The notes under the pieces are model-generated. The model saw only the letters and a list, made by a program, of their open reading frames with translations. It was not told where the DNA came from and searched no databases. A stretch of DNA of 58,407 bases, filler included, from Catajapyx aquilonaris (lineage: Eukaryota), in assembly GCA_000934665.2 (NCBI GenBank). It is 3 parts of 3 records of this genome, joined end to end, with 100 filler letters (N's around TTAATTAATTAA, not from the genome) between each part and the next. Parts side by side here need not be neighbours in the genome. Positions count along the whole stretch, not along the records: positions 1 to 19,269 come from JYFJ02006497.1; positions 19,370 to 38,954 come from KZ539548.1; 1 more part is not named here. One strand, 5' to 3'. Below, piece after piece: positions 13,701 through 24,673 of this stretch (position 1 is its first letter; each line of letters opens with the position of its first letter). The translations under genes were made by a program, and so were the position numbers.

Positions 13701-16700
13701 AAGGTTGGGAGGCGAAAGAGCAAAGGGACTGTTCGGACAGGACCTTCCACTGCAGGTTAGGATTTATATTTGTGTTTTACTTAATCTTTACACTTGTGAA
13801 ATTTTAAAAATTCTTCAATTAATTCAGGACTATATTTAGGTTTAAAAATAATTGTGCATTGTCATATTAATTATACAGATAGGGAGAAAGTTCCTTGGAA
13901 AAACTGACTGCCTGCTCTTGGATGGGAATTTCAGGCAGGCCATGCATGCATTGTTGATAGGGTGAGTCTTGGAAAAGACTGTCAGTAGGATACCTTGTTA
14001 GCCTCTGTCAGGGCCATAGGAGTTTTGCAAACATACACGAGGGCCTTTCAATAAAGAATGAGAGTTATTTTTTAAACAAGAAAGAATAGAAAATACTATC
14101 ATGATGGTGATATATTTATGTACGTCTGTCGAAGATGGATGTGCATGCTTATGCGCAGAAGTCTACTGCCCACCATATGGGTGTAGTGGCAGCACAAACA
14201 CCACCACCCTTGATGTCGCCTCCCAAGTCATGGCATCGACATGTGTGGAGCAGTATGCCATGCTGAAATTCTGCTTTTGCCTCAAGAAGACAGCCAGTGA
14301 GTCGTACTCCACTTTGACATAGACATATGGAGAAAATATGTTCAAGGGTCCCGAATCCACCTGCAAACAGGGCTCTCTGGGAGCTCCTGCCAGAGCTGTG
14401 ACGAAGGTGGCCATCAACATGGCCTCAGTCATCATGCACGTAACGCTGACTATCATATCTGATTTGTTACAAGTATCTGTGGGTGGTGTGCACACAATTA
14501 TTCATAACCACCTGCACATGAGGCGTGTATCGAATCTGGCAGGAACTCCCAAAGAGCCTGGTTGCAGGCGGTTGGAGGTGGATTCAGGTGGATTCAAAAG
14601 CAAGATTTCAGCACAGTGTAGCATACTGCTCTTCACATGTAAACACCGTGACTCAGGAGGCGATTTCAGGGGGGTAGGCGATTGTGCTGCCACCACACCC
14701 CCATGGTGCACAGTAGACTTCTGCACATAAGCATGCACATCCATCTTTGATAAACGTACTTAAATATATCACCGTCATGATAGTACTTCCTTACTTTCTC
14801 ATTTTAAAAATCACTCTCATTCTTTATTGAAAGGCCCTCGTACATAGTAGGTCACAGGCTAACAGGGCACTACCAGGCACTTCAGTTGATGTGGGTCACA
14901 TCTACAAATGTTTGTGTAGAGAAAAGATTATAAAAATGTGGAAGGCAATATTATTCCTCATTGGTATATGTTGACTCTCCAACTTGTAGTGTATCCTTTA
15001 GCAGTTGCAATGCAAACTGCCATAGCCTCGTAGATCAACTGGGGACACACACACACACACACACATTTTTTAAATTTTTTTTGTTACCCCGTGATAGGGC
15101 TTGAGGCCCTCTTAGGGGTGAAGGGGAAGTTTCCAAGGGAGGGCGCCATGCGACAGCCATTTCTGACATTCTTTAACACCAGGCCTTTTCTCCTGGCCCC
15201 GAGCAGAGAAGGGAGGGCAATTCTTCTCCGGCATGTCGGGTGAAAAGCGGAAAAAGATCCGGCCAAGCAGAGGTGACCGGGACGGGATTTGAACCCCGGC
15301 CTCCCGCTTGGCTGGCCAGTGGCGTAACCACTAGACCACCATGCCGCCCTAGGGGACACACACTTTGAACTCAATTTTGTACCTTAGTTGCCAACAGTTT
15401 TTTTTTTTTTTTTTTACCTCCCCTCAAATTTGCACATAATTCAAATTGACACTCATCAAATGAGTGTTGCAAGGATGTTTTCGTGTACCCTCTGACAGTG
15501 CAGGAGCACCTTAGGGCAACACTTTACTTTAAGTTTCAGACCTTAGAAATGGTTGAGGACCACTTCCTTTTCCAATATTCTTATATTGAGCACTTTTAGA
15601 CATTGGCAGCAGCCATTTTCCAGTGAGTGTTTTTTTTCAGGTGCCAAGTTTTTTCTGGAGATCCCAAGTGAGTCTCCTGCTTTCTCATGTGAGAAGATTG
15701 GTGTGGAAGTAGACCTGAAGAAAGTAGCTGACCTGACTGTGGGTGACATGATCCAGAGCCGGAACATAATCTACATCTCACGAAATCAGCTCCGGAAGCA
15801 TACAAGCTCTGTGCTGAACTTCAGTGTGAATGTGCACTACATTTCTCAGCAGGTGAATATGCCCCTTCTTCGGCTGCTGCACCAGATTGGTACTATGTAT
15901 CAAAATGTGAAGGACATTAAGATGGATCTGAGGCAGGAAAAAGCAGCTACCAAAATGGAGCCCACATGTTTGGATCCAAAGGACGTCAAGAATGACTCTT
16001 CTTCATGTGAGTGTACGAAATGAAACTTTTGATCAGGGTGAGGTGAAATAATTGAATGGTTCAGGAGGAATTCTCTCCTTTATATGGGAAGGTAAAGCCA
16101 GGCAAAATCATAGTGCGCATCTTGGAGAAGGCTGTCAGCTTCAATGTTACTTTCGGTGTCAGGCACTAATTATGCTTCTGTAGTTTTCATTCAAGATTGC
16201 ATAGCCATACAGATGAATGAAATGAATGAAAAGCATGAGAAATGCATTTATTTAAGAGTTTATAATAAGTAGTAACTACTGGATACTGCAGATATATCCT
16301 CCTGAGACCTGAGAGATATTTCATGATAAACCGACTGATATGTGTGGTTTTCCTGGTTATTCTGGAGCTAAGGAGAAGGGGACAAAAATCTGCTATAAAA
16401 CTGACCATAGGAACAGGTGTAGGGCATGTCGACATATGTCAACAACAGGACTTAAAGCAGTATTTACTTATTTATTGAGAATGGAATTTGACAAAACACT
16501 CTTTTTCCCATTTAAGCACTGTACTTATACTACTTACTTTTACAAATACTTACATAAGTATACTGCAAAATGTGTAACGTAAGAGTCAAATATTACTTTC
16601 ACAACAGACATCATGATGGTGAGCGAAACAAAGTTTCACATCTCATGTTCACTGGTCTTCAGCAAAAGACAGAAAAGACCCCTATGCTCAAAGTACGACC

Positions 16701-17390
16701 GCTCACTTGCATCAGCAAGCAAAGTGAAGGCCCCTTCTGGAATGTACTTCGTGAAGTACTCAAACGGTTCGTAAAGGTGTGCACCAAGTTGTCACAGACA
16801 CACATCTCTTTGTATTTCCTAATGCACAGTTCTTGGTAACCACAGGCTGTACACTACATTGTCAAAATTCGCACTATAAACATGAATAAAAAATTAAACT
16901 TACGAGACGAGTGCCTACCTCCAGCCGCGGCCTCTGCCATCTTGATTCACGTTTTAATTTTCGCGGCCAAAGTCAGCTATTCGACACGAAGGTGGCAGCA
17001 CCTATTGAGGCCAGAGTGTATTCATGGGATACCAACATATTGCAGGCCTGTTGGTATCACTAGATGGCGCAAATTTTTTTTTTGCTGATGTCGACATATG
17101 TCGACACCAGGTCTCAGGAGGATATGCTTGGCATTAATAATAGGGCCTTGCTAATTAGTACCATACTCATTAGTAGCTTAGTTATTGCCATGCATGAAAA
17201 ATTGCAGGTTCTGACATACAGGAGACTCCCAGAGCATCTGATTCTCATTCGATCACTGAGCAACAGAGTAAAGGCTCAGTGGAAATCCAGACTTCAACTA
17301 GTCAAAGCAAGTCTCTTTTCCCATCACCATCTTTCAAGTCAAATCATTCCTCACGTCCGCAAAGTTTTGCCCAACGCCTGAGGACCAGCA
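361..17390 (+). CDS. tweek: Bridge-like lipid transfer protein 1 (tweek/KIAA1109) ortholog, internal part only: join(361..608,1041..1241,4544..5084,6858..7361,7846..8426,9455..10106,10169..10786,11375..11665,12341..12458,12538..13013,13449..13755,15641..16006,17208..17390), 5086 nt; 5' and 3' ends not in window
   Basis: All 13 exons have AG/GT boundaries with matching phases and give one open frame. Recognisable KIAA1109/Tweek motifs: FIKKHDTKTKRLWFLWP, GKCGCAGGCTFFG, LHMQVNKPITESPLL, IPKINVTLLQASVVEEIISFSALDN, GFIMFECGLEG, VWFNFAAPP..RLDWNLLSTAS, ISQQVNMPLLRLLHQI, RPQSFAQRLR. Confidence 0.93.
1041..1241 (+). CDS. tweek: tweek/BLTP1 exon (FIKKHDTKTKRLWFLWP...GCAGGCTFFG)
   Basis: tttcag acceptor, gtaagc donor; this frame is not in the ORF track. 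Confidence 0.9.
1273..1871. mobile_element. PIF/Harbinger-like MITE carrying a SINE insertion
   Basis: Imperfect TIRs AGCCCCATTTACATGTGAGCAATTTG / CAAATCGCTCACATGTAAACGCACCT, flanked by TAA on both sides. Confidence 0.65.
1401..1789 (+). mobile_element. tRNA-derived SINE, family A
   Basis: A box and GGTTCGATCCC B box, (ATT)n tail 1742-1789, 16-bp TSD ATACTGGTTACTCGGG at 1385-1400 and 1790-1805. Confidence 0.85.
3254..3986 (-). mobile_element. Internally deleted Tc1/mariner-superfamily element
   Basis: About 120-bp TIRs starting CAGGGTGTCCCTAAATG, TA flanks. Minus-strand remnants of the N-terminal HTH (EQKTFSVLQFAK..SVVTVQ) and C-terminal WPPRSPDITPCDFFLWG. Confidence 0.88.
3998..4396. mobile_element. 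Tc1/pogo-type MITE
   Basis: TIR CAGTGCCCTGCATTAATGG / CCATTAATGCAGGGTACTG with TA flanks. Confidence 0.8.
4544..5084 (+). CDS. tweek: tweek/BLTP1 exon (IFEPGKDPGFGQSIL...DYFSAAVQ)
   Basis: tttatag acceptor, gtttgg donor, in frame with ORF 4587..5189. Confidence 0.85.
5387..6373. mobile_element. Tc1/mariner-derived non-autonomous element, related to 8721-9379, interrupted by a SINE
   Basis: Inverted arms at about 5387-5480 and 6280-6373; PPRSPDLTP-like remnant at about 5520-5585 (minus). Confidence 0.65.
5861..6220 (+). mobile_element. tRNA-derived SINE, family B
   Basis: TGGCCGAGATATGG A box, GGTTTGATCCCC B box, 3' CCCC..CACGGGGTA stem-loop and A-rich tail. Confidence 0.75.
6858..7361 (+). 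CDS. tweek: tweek/BLTP1 exon (Ser-rich region)
   Basis: atacag acceptor, gtatgc donor, phase 0/0. Confidence 0.85.
7846..8426 (+). CDS. tweek: tweek/BLTP1 exon (EDSPEDS...VSPLMLESLQR)
   Basis: ttgcag acceptor, gtgaga donor. Confidence 0.9.
8721..9379 (+). mobile_element. Tc1/mariner-derived MITE with long inverted arms
   Basis: TAGGGTCATCGAAAAAGAAT / ATTCTTTTTCGATGACTCTG with TA flanks; degenerate (W)PPRSPDLTP.FF remnant near 9060-9115. Confidence 0.8.
9455..10106 (+). CDS. tweek: tweek/BLTP1 exon (FVEAITPTL...AIPHHSSK)
   Basis: ttccag acceptor, gtgagc donor. Confidence 0.9.
10169..10786 (+). CDS. tweek: tweek/BLTP1 exon (VLFKLAK...RIHLPIK)
   Basis: follows a 62-nt intron; gtattg donor. 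Confidence 0.9.
11375..11665 (+). CDS. tweek: tweek/BLTP1 exon (SKYGRLTPLAKTLQEEPSCQLC...)
   Basis: caacag acceptor, gttagt donor. Confidence 0.9.
12341..12458 (+). CDS. tweek: tweek/BLTP1 short exon (EGGENQMDW...)
   Basis: ttttag acceptor, gtatgt donor, phase 0/1. Confidence 0.75.
12538..13013 (+). CDS. tweek: tweek/BLTP1 exon (...EDLYNWMARQQ...)
   Basis: ctacag acceptor, gtaagc donor. Confidence 0.85.
13449..13755 (+). CDS. tweek: tweek/BLTP1 exon (...LDAHVIFKPLL...MRIDIVESE...)
   Basis: tttcag acceptor, gttagg donor. Confidence 0.87.
14038..14840 (+). mobile_element. Deleted mariner element
   Basis: TIR CGAGGGCCTTTCAATAAAGAATGAG, arms over 100 bp; transposase remnants EQYAMLKFCFCLKKTASE and LQVSVGGVHTIIHNHLHMRRVS. 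Confidence 0.88.
15066..15349 (-). mobile_element. tRNA-derived SINE
   Basis: TGGTCTAGTGG A box and GGTTCAAATCC B box on minus, A-rich tail, TSD GGGGACACACAC (15041 and 15352). Confidence 0.8.
15641..16006 (+). CDS. tweek: tweek/BLTP1 exon (...PAFSCE...QQVNMPLLRLLHQI...)
   Basis: tttcag acceptor, gtgagt donor. Confidence 0.9.
16298..17121. mobile_element. piggyBac-like non-autonomous element with ATAT target duplication
   Basis: Perfect TIR CCTCCTGAGACCTG / CAGGTCTCAGGAGG flanked by ATAT on both sides; subterminal GTCGACATATGTC(G/A)AC palindromes. Confidence 0.7.
17208..17390 (+). CDS. tweek: tweek/BLTP1 exon (SDIQETP...RPQSFAQRLRTS)
   Basis: ttgcag acceptor, gtaagt donor, phase 1 matches the previous exon; frame differs from ORF 17064..17381. 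Confidence 0.8.
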
Positions 17391-18207
17391 GTAAGTAACA
17401 ATTCTGTAGGAACATGAAACACTGATAACATGGAACACTGATAACATGGAAATGCCATTCTCAGTTATGACAGTGTTTAATTTGTGACCGAATGCTTATG
17501 TCATGCATAAGGGACTTAGATATACTGTACCAGTACTACTTCACTTGCCTGGGTACAGAATCTAGTAGTTCAGATTTCATATTAGATATCTGCATCCTAA
17601 TTCAGCACTTTGGCCATTTCTAGTGTGTGAAGGACTGAAGCATTCAGTGTAGAGCTGTACCATATTTGGGGGGAAAATTGCAGGCTTTTTAAGAATAATA
17701 TGTATATGAATGGCAACAGTAGTACTTATGTAAAAAGTAGCAGAGGCTTAAGGTTAATGTCAAATATGCATACTACCCATCATCTGATCTGGCTATGACT
17801 TTTGGGCCTTCCCTAGCTCCTATAAGCAACTGCACTAGAAAGCACCTTATTGACAACCTCCACTTCCTTCATCCTAGCCACAGGACCAAACCAAACAAAA
17901 CATATTCCTCAGTAATACTTGCATGACCAGTGAAAGTTCAGGAATGTCTGGTCAATGTCCCCAATATGCAGCTGCAGTGTTCAAGGCAAATGTTCAGTCA
18001 ACATCAAGTGAATCGTGAACATTCAGCACTGAAATTTTTTGTTCACTGGCCCATGTTCTTTAAACACTGGGTAACAAGGTACATTCAGTAAATTATAATC
18101 AGAATATGAATATGTATTAAAATTTAGCAACAAAGTACAGAAATGACCTTCACTGGACTTTCACTGGTTATTTGTGTGTTACTTGGGTACCTATTTGTAT
18201 CTATTAA

Positions 18208-18491
18208 CCCTTAACTAGTGACCTGGAAAATCCTAACACTCATGGTGACCTGGGGTGTTTAAAGACCCCAGGGGATTTTTTAAATATAAATTGCATTTAA
18301 TGATAAATATTTACTTTTTAATTTTTTTACACAACACCTGCAACTGTTTTTTACAATTTGGTTTAATTTTCAACTCTCTAGTTGCCGTAGAACGGAATTT
18401 AAAAAATCATATACCTAACTACAATTAAACATTTTATAACAAAAAAAATTGCACCTGGGGTGTTGAAAGACCCCAGGTCACCAGTTAAGAG
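18208..18491. mobile_element. piggyBac-like MITE
   Basis: TTAA|CCCTTAACTAGTGACCTGG ... CCAGGTCACCAGTTAAGAG|TTAA. Confidence 0.75.
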
Positions 18492-19269
18492 TTAAGTACA
18501 TGGAATTTATTTGCCTTTTTGCTAGTGACAGTTGAACTAGGTAATGAAATATATTTGAGAGCCAGTGTTACTATTACTAGGTTCCAACCGGTTCCAACTG
18601 CATAAAGGTTCTAAAGACTGTATGGAAGCATTAATACACTGTGCCTTATGGCTGCAAAGAAAGACTAACAATTGATACAGGAATTTATGAGGTTCAATTT
18701 CCAACTATCTGTGAGTGAAAAGTTTTACTTGAGATGTCTCTATTGACTTACAAGTTCAGTGAATATACAGAAATGTTCAGTCACTATCATGTACACCTAG
18801 TGTTTGATGTTAATGTTCAGTGATTGTTTGGCCAATGAGTACAGTCTGTAAATATGTAACTGTTACATTACATTAGATGACCAGTTATATTCAGTAACTG
18901 CTAATTAATTCATGAATATTTATTGATATTTCAAGGTAAATTTCAGCTACGAAACACATGGCTGTTCAATAATACTCACAAGGGAACGGTCAGGGTCGAC
19001 CACCTCCGATTTGGTTGAAACTGGCTTGAGGGGTCATTCATGTGCGATAGACACAGTGGTGAAAGTGTTAGCTCGCACTATCCAGTCGTTTCCAAGATAT
19101 GAGCGACAGTAACATCCGAATTTTGGCCACGCGCATTTGCCGGGAGCCGCTCTGCCAGCTCCAAATCCCTAGTACCTTGATTCCCCCCACTTTTTTCGAT
19201 CCCACACCACCATCCCCCACTCCCCCACCAACATTTTCGTTTTCCATAGTTTCTTTGCTCCGGTATTTA

Positions 19270-19369
19270 NNNNNNNNNNNNNNNNNNNNNNNNNNNNNNN
19301 NNNNNNNNNNNNNTTAATTAATTAANNNNNNNNNNNNNNNNNNNNNNNNNNNNNNNNNNNNNNNNNNNN
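19270..19369. other. Artificial sequence joint (44 N + TTAATTAATTAA + 44 N)
   Basis: Exactly 100 bp; the core gives stops in all six frames; identical to 38955-39054. Confidence 0.95.
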
Positions 19370-20062
19370 AGCACAAGGTAAGTTGGCCTTCAAAGGCAAA
19401 ACTATGGCCTTGATTGCAACACTCTTGGGGCCAGGAAGAAAAAGCGGTTCGAGAAACCCGGTGTGTGTCGGTTGTCCACTCACAGTCAGCAAAAGGGAGG
19501 GGTGTGTTTCCTCTCGTTTTTTAAAATATATATACATATATACTTTTACTGATCGTTGTTACACCAATAGGTGGGCTTGTTCATGGGGGCAAAGAAAGGG
19601 TTAAATTGCACTTGTTTGCGATTTTTTGGGCGTTGAAAATCGCATGGTTGGCGAGGCACATCACGATGTGGCTTGAATAAATGTTTTTTTGGGTTATGCA
19701 AGTATGTGACATTGTTGGCGAATAAATGCTATCAAAGTAGTTCACAGTTCAAGAAAAAAATGTTAAAAAAATATTACAGATAATTTAATTATTTTAATTA
19801 ATTAATTATTATTGTTGAAAATTCAAAATGAGTCAGAAAAATATTGCTCTTGCATGTCACGTGAAATGAACAAGTTACGCAACGAATATAACAAAAGGTG
19901 TGTTCAAGGCAGAGACCTTACCACAGTTTTTAAAAGGTCACTTTTTGTCCCTTTCTTATATGAATTATGATGTGGGCAATTGATATTATTTAGGAACCAC
20001 GACCGCATAACTCAACACGCATGGATGATATTGTGTTGTATTATGTGCCTGGCACTACCACT

Positions 20063-20144
20063 TGACCTGCGTTAGTGTTTACCATGCGACCTTCCTGCTG
20101 ACCAGTATAAATTGGACCTCACAATACCCAACCAAGGCATTCAG
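20063..20144 (+). promoter_or_regulatory. Core promoter of GY gene 1 (TGACCT half-sites, TATAAA 20106, CATTCAG Inr-like)
   Basis: CAGTATAAATT(G/A)GAC is shared with paralogues 2 and 3; Inr-like motif about 32 nt downstream of TATA. Confidence 0.75.
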
Positions 20145-20202
20145 ACCAAAACAGTCGATATCTGACCAATTCTCGCTGTCTCGCAAGAGTATTTTATTCG
20201 AA

Positions 20203-21165
20203 ATGGCTTTCAAGCACCTGGTGAGTACAGCTTTAAATGTGTTTAAATTTGGCTTGAAAATTGGACTTCGACACAGCAGATTATGCGTGCTATAATTTTG
20301 TAAGGATCGGCGGAGTTTGGCATGAGTATTGTTGTCTAATTTCAGTTCATCCTGGTGGCCCTGTGCCTTGCCTTTGTTGCTGCAGCCAAGGAGCAGAAGG
20401 AGGAGAAGCTGGATACTGCTTCCGGAATCGGCCTAGGTTATTACGGCGGATACGGATACGGTCTTGGCGGATACGGATTGGGCTACGGGCTGGGATACGG
20501 CCTGGGATACGGCGCATTCGGTCAGACCATACTGATAGTTACAAAATAACATTAGAAATCGGCTAATGTGATTATTTAAACTTGATACAGTTCGTAATGT
20601 CCTATATTAGTATTTTAGTAGTTTAGTTCATTTACTTTCTTTCCTTCCGTTAATGTTCTTATAGGTTAAAGTTAATATACTCAGATCATTAAGGTGAATC
20701 ACGTAATATTTGTAGTAACTAGTTCATTCAAATCTTACTTTTAATTAAATCGGTCAACTTTAATATGACAATTGCTTAGAGTAAAACCTCGATTCATCGT
20801 TTTTGTCGGGAAGCAAAACGATGGATTCGGGAAAACGATACATACGGGAACGATATATTGAGGTTTACTAGTTAATAAATTCAAATATTAGGTAATTATT
20901 TAATATGACTTTTATATGACAATTGCTTTAACTGTTAGAGTAAAACCTCGACATTTGTTTTTATCATGAAACAAAAGGATAGATGCGGGAACAATAAATC
21001 GAGGTTTCACTGTTCTTAGTAAATTCAAATGTTAGGTGATTATTTAAGCACATTCGTTTCCTTTTTCACTGCTTATTACTCCATTAATCAGCTATAATAA
21101 ATTATTTTAACAATCTATTTTCAGGCTACCCCTACTACGGCGGATACGGGTTCTACGGCCGCTAA
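20203..21165 (+). CDS. Secreted Gly/Tyr-rich protein 1 (cuticular protein-like), 77 aa: join(20203..20220,20346..20520,21125..21165)
   Basis: MAFKHL|FILVALCLAFVAAA signal peptide, KEQKEEKLDTAS, GYG repeats, ends GYPYYGGYGFYGR*. GT-AG introns; AATAAA at 21210. Confidence 0.88.
20763..21047. repeat. Tandem duplication of about 150 bp containing a tiny TIR element (AGTAAAACCTCG...GAGGTTT) in GY gene 1 intron 2
   Basis: Two diverged copies, about 20763-20903 and 20915-21047. Confidence 0.55.
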
Positions 21166-22612
21166 ATTCACCGACGTCATGACGGTCCTGTAGATCATCA
21201 TTTTTCCTGAATAAATTATGGCATGACATCAACAGCCTTTAACTTTCATCCCTTAATTACCAATATTGTGGACAAGGGGGGTTATTGTTGAGAGGAAGAA
21301 GTTAGCTGGAGGCAAATTTAATGGGCACGGCCAGTTGCAGGTGCGCGACCCTGATCGCATTGTAAACACCGGCTACCTACACTTACGGAACCTCTTCGGT
21401 TAATTATTCACTCAAGGGCAGAGTTCGAGATCGCATCGGATCGCGTGAATGGACCAAAAGTGGCGGTCATTAAGGCTCCTTTCATGCGCCCCGGATAGTA
21501 CAGCACGAGGCGATTAATCAGGAAATCCGCACTGATTAATCGTCACGAACCTTTTAAGACCGGATGTGCGCCCATAAAATACGACATTAATCTCTCAGTG
21601 TTCGCGGGGGGTTTCTCAGGAATTCTTCCGCAACAGAAAATGGAGACGATTGTCATAATTGCTGTCAATGGACGCGAACATAATGGCTCAATTACCTAAG
21701 AATCTGACCGATATCATGTCAGGAAAGCACGTTATTCATTGCCCGCCCTTGAGTCGATAAGTAATGTAGGGCTGCGAAATAGTAGTGTTGTATATCATGT
21801 CACTGCCTCAAGTCCTTTCGCCCCCAAATATGACCTCCTATGAGTATTAATTTCAAGTACAGACAACCCAAAAAACTATTGAAACACACTGTATTTTTCT
21901 TGAATATCAATAAATATTCATGTGCTCTTGATAGCATATTTATCATTCGACAGCCATTATTATTTTGACTTCCTCGATGCCAATCATTTGTTTGTCCTTT
22001 CCTTATTTGGTGCCCAGAATAACAATTCATGTTTTTACTACAAGAAACAGTCACTTGGGCGACACTTCATAAAGAAATTAATCCTGTTCCAACTGACAAG
22101 CCCACATATTTCATATCTGCCATTTAAAGTATGGAATGTTTCAGAACAATGCCAATAATTGCAAAATTCCTGATTCGATAAATTACCATAATAATTGACC
22201 ATATCCGTGCTCTTAATATTCCTCCCAGCAATCATCGAACTTGCCCAATTTCAGCACAAAAAAAATAGTTCAATGCCAAACCTGAAGCCAGGTGTCGATA
22301 CTATTTTCTTTTGTTCCGAAAAATCTTCCACATCCTGGTTCGGAAGCTACAAGAAAAAAAAGTCTTCCTCCACGCAGGTTTGGCCCTTGAAAAGATCTAG
22401 AGAGCCTTAAGGGGGGTGTGGAAGTAACAAAAAGGGCGGCAACTTTATTCCAATCAGAGGTCAAACTTGTTTCTTTCTTTTTTTTCCCTTGCTTCATTTT
22501 TCGCCTCTCGTGTACCTACGCATTATGACGTCAACATGAAATTTCAGCCAAGACACCTATCTCAACATGCATTGGCTGGTTCCCCGCCAGGTCTGTGCCA
22601 GTCACCACTTCT

Positions 22613-22690
22613 TGACCTTCGCTAAGGTCCACCCTGTGACCTTACTGACCAGTATAAATTGGACTACTCCTGTCCAAGAAGGCATTCCAC
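22613..22690 (+). promoter_or_regulatory. Core promoter of GY gene 2 (TGACCTT x2, TATAAA 22653)
   Basis: CTGACCAGTATAAATTGGAC identical to the gene 1 promoter. Confidence 0.75.
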
Positions 22691-22745
22691 TACCGAAGCT
22701 CAATATCTGCCAATTGTGTCCCAACACTAAAACAACCCAACCAAA

Positions 22746-23284
22746 ATGTTCAAGTATCTGGTAAGTCCATATTTTAAACCCCCTGAATTATGCGAAACCC
22801 TGTGAATAACGGAATTCGGTTTCTTCTGCAGCACTAACAATCCATTGTTAGTTCAGTACGATTTTTTTCATGTCAATTACTCAGTACTGAACATTTGTCG
22901 TTATAACAATTTAACTGCAACTTAACCATTGTTTCAGATTCTGCTGGCTCTGGCCGTGGTCGTCCTGGCCGTTGAGAAGGAAGAGAAGCTGGAGACCGCC
23001 TCCGGTGTTGCCCTCGGATACGCTGGTCTGGGCTACGGTTATGCTGGACATGGTCTTGGCTATGCTGGCTACGGACATGGCTATGGACTCGGCTACGGCT
23101 ATGGCGGACACGGCTACGGATACGGCGGACACGGCTATGCTGGCCACGGCTACGGCTATGCTGGTCATGGTCTGGGCTACGGCTATGCTGGTAAGAAACA
23201 TATTTCATATGACATACCCTGAGTGTACCTAACCCACTTTTGTCTATTACAGGCTACCCCTATGCTGGTGCCTACTACGGTTAA
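22746..23284 (+). CDS. Secreted Gly/Tyr/His-rich protein 2, 99 aa: join(22746..22760,22938..23190,23253..23284)
   Basis: MFKYL|ILLALAVVVLA signal, VEKEEKLETAS, GYAGHG repeats, ends GYPYAGAYYG*; AATAAA at 23344. Confidence 0.9.
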
Positions 23285-24174
23285 ACAACAAGAGTTCAAA
23301 AGACCAGCGGCCATCAACTGGTCGTGTACCATCGTTTTTCTGGAATAAATTATCCATGACACCCCATACCATTACTTGTTTTTTGAACCTTCAAAATTAT
23401 GCCCGGACGTTATCTCTATTATACAGGGGTTGCACCTGCACTTTTGCTTGAACCACTTCCGTTAATTGCTCTCACAAGGTTGGAATTTGATTAGTGTCGT
23501 GATCGGATCGAATCGCGTGAATGGACTTCTGGTTACTTAGAGAGAAAAAACTGGTCCTGTCTTTTGCATGCTGATTAGGTCAGTAGTTGCTGAGTTTTAA
23601 TGTTCACATAGTTCAAGGAAATTCCTTTGCTCCAAGCAGTGTGTGAGAGTACATTAGCTTCTGGACATTTAATGGGAAGTTTTGTAATCAGCGTGACTGT
23701 CCTATTAAGATAGCTAATAAAATAATGAACTTGTCAATTTACACATTGCTGATTATTATTTAAACCCGTAACATTGTGAAGTTCTAGCCACATTGTAGGT
23801 CTGAAATATGCAAATATTATCGCCGAAGAGCTATAAATTTAATTTAAGTGTACTATACAAATAAATCAGTTTTTTAGTGCACAATGTAGCCAAAATATTA
23901 AATATAATTGACAATAATTTGGTGTACTGTACCATAGTCATATGGTGCACTTTTATCAATTTTGAGGAATCGAGAGTTAAGCAACAACCACCCAAAAAGA
24001 TTCTAAAATGAACAAGTAATTTTAAAAGACAAAAAAGTAGCTTTCTCCTTTTTGAGTTGCCACATAATTTCATACATTATCGAAAGTGAAATTTTTGGGA
24101 ACCACAACACTATCAATATGACTCTGAAAGTACGTGTCAATGCGATCATCCGTTACTGGTCACTTCCTACTGGA

Positions 24175-24217
24175 CAGTATAAATTAGACTGGTACATAAG
24201 TGGTTTCCGTCATTCAG
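24175..24217 (+). promoter_or_regulatory. Core promoter of GY gene 3 (TATAAA 24178, CATTCAG 24211)
   Basis: CAGTATAAATTAGAC matches the paralogues. Confidence 0.7.
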
Positions 24218-24232
24218 CCGCTAGTTTCCAAT

Positions 24233-24673
24233 ATGTTCAACTGCCTGGTAAGTACTCAATTGTTGTACTATGCCGTACGTAGCTATAGTAGCCTTAAATT
24301 GAAAGAAAATTTAAAATTATTTTTGCTTCGTTTAAAACTGATGGAGCCTAGGACAAAAAAAACTAATATTATTTTTGAACCTAATCATCATTGTTAATTA
24401 TCTTCAGATCCTTCTGTTGGTGTGTGTGGCCGTGATTGTTGCGAAGGAAACAAATGAGAAGTATCAAACCTCGGCTCAAATAGGACTTGGGTACGGATTA
24501 TATCCTTATTATGATGGCCTGTACGACGACTATTTATTTGGATATGGCTACGGTCCGGGCTTCGGTTACGGAGATTTTGGTAAGAACTATAATTAGCAAA
24601 ATTAAACTTAAAAGTAAGCACTCATTTTGACCAAACCGGATTATTCCTTCCAGGCTATCCTTTCTACGGTTGA
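24233..24673 (+). CDS. Secreted Gly/Tyr/Asp-rich protein 3, 68 aa: join(24233..24247,24408..24579,24654..24673)
   Basis: MFNCL|ILLLVCVAVIVA signal, KETNEKYQTSA, ends GYPFYG*; same exon phases as the paralogues. Confidence 0.85.

Noticed and set aside
17064..17381. 105-aa ORF as a tweek exon
   Set aside because: Splice phase and the RPQSFAQRLR motif show the coding frame is a different one, starting at 17208
18960..19269. Probable repeat element end before the linker
   Set aside because: Truncated by the joint; no second terminus or copy in the window to define it
19314..19325. TTAATTAATTAA as a biological motif or piggyBac footprint
   Set aside because: Centred in symmetric N runs and repeated identically at 38999; artificial
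22873..23232. Alternative-frame and antisense ORFs (SIAVA, ATAM repeats)
   Set aside because: By-products of GGN-TAY codon repeats; only the signal-peptide frame has splice sites and paralogues
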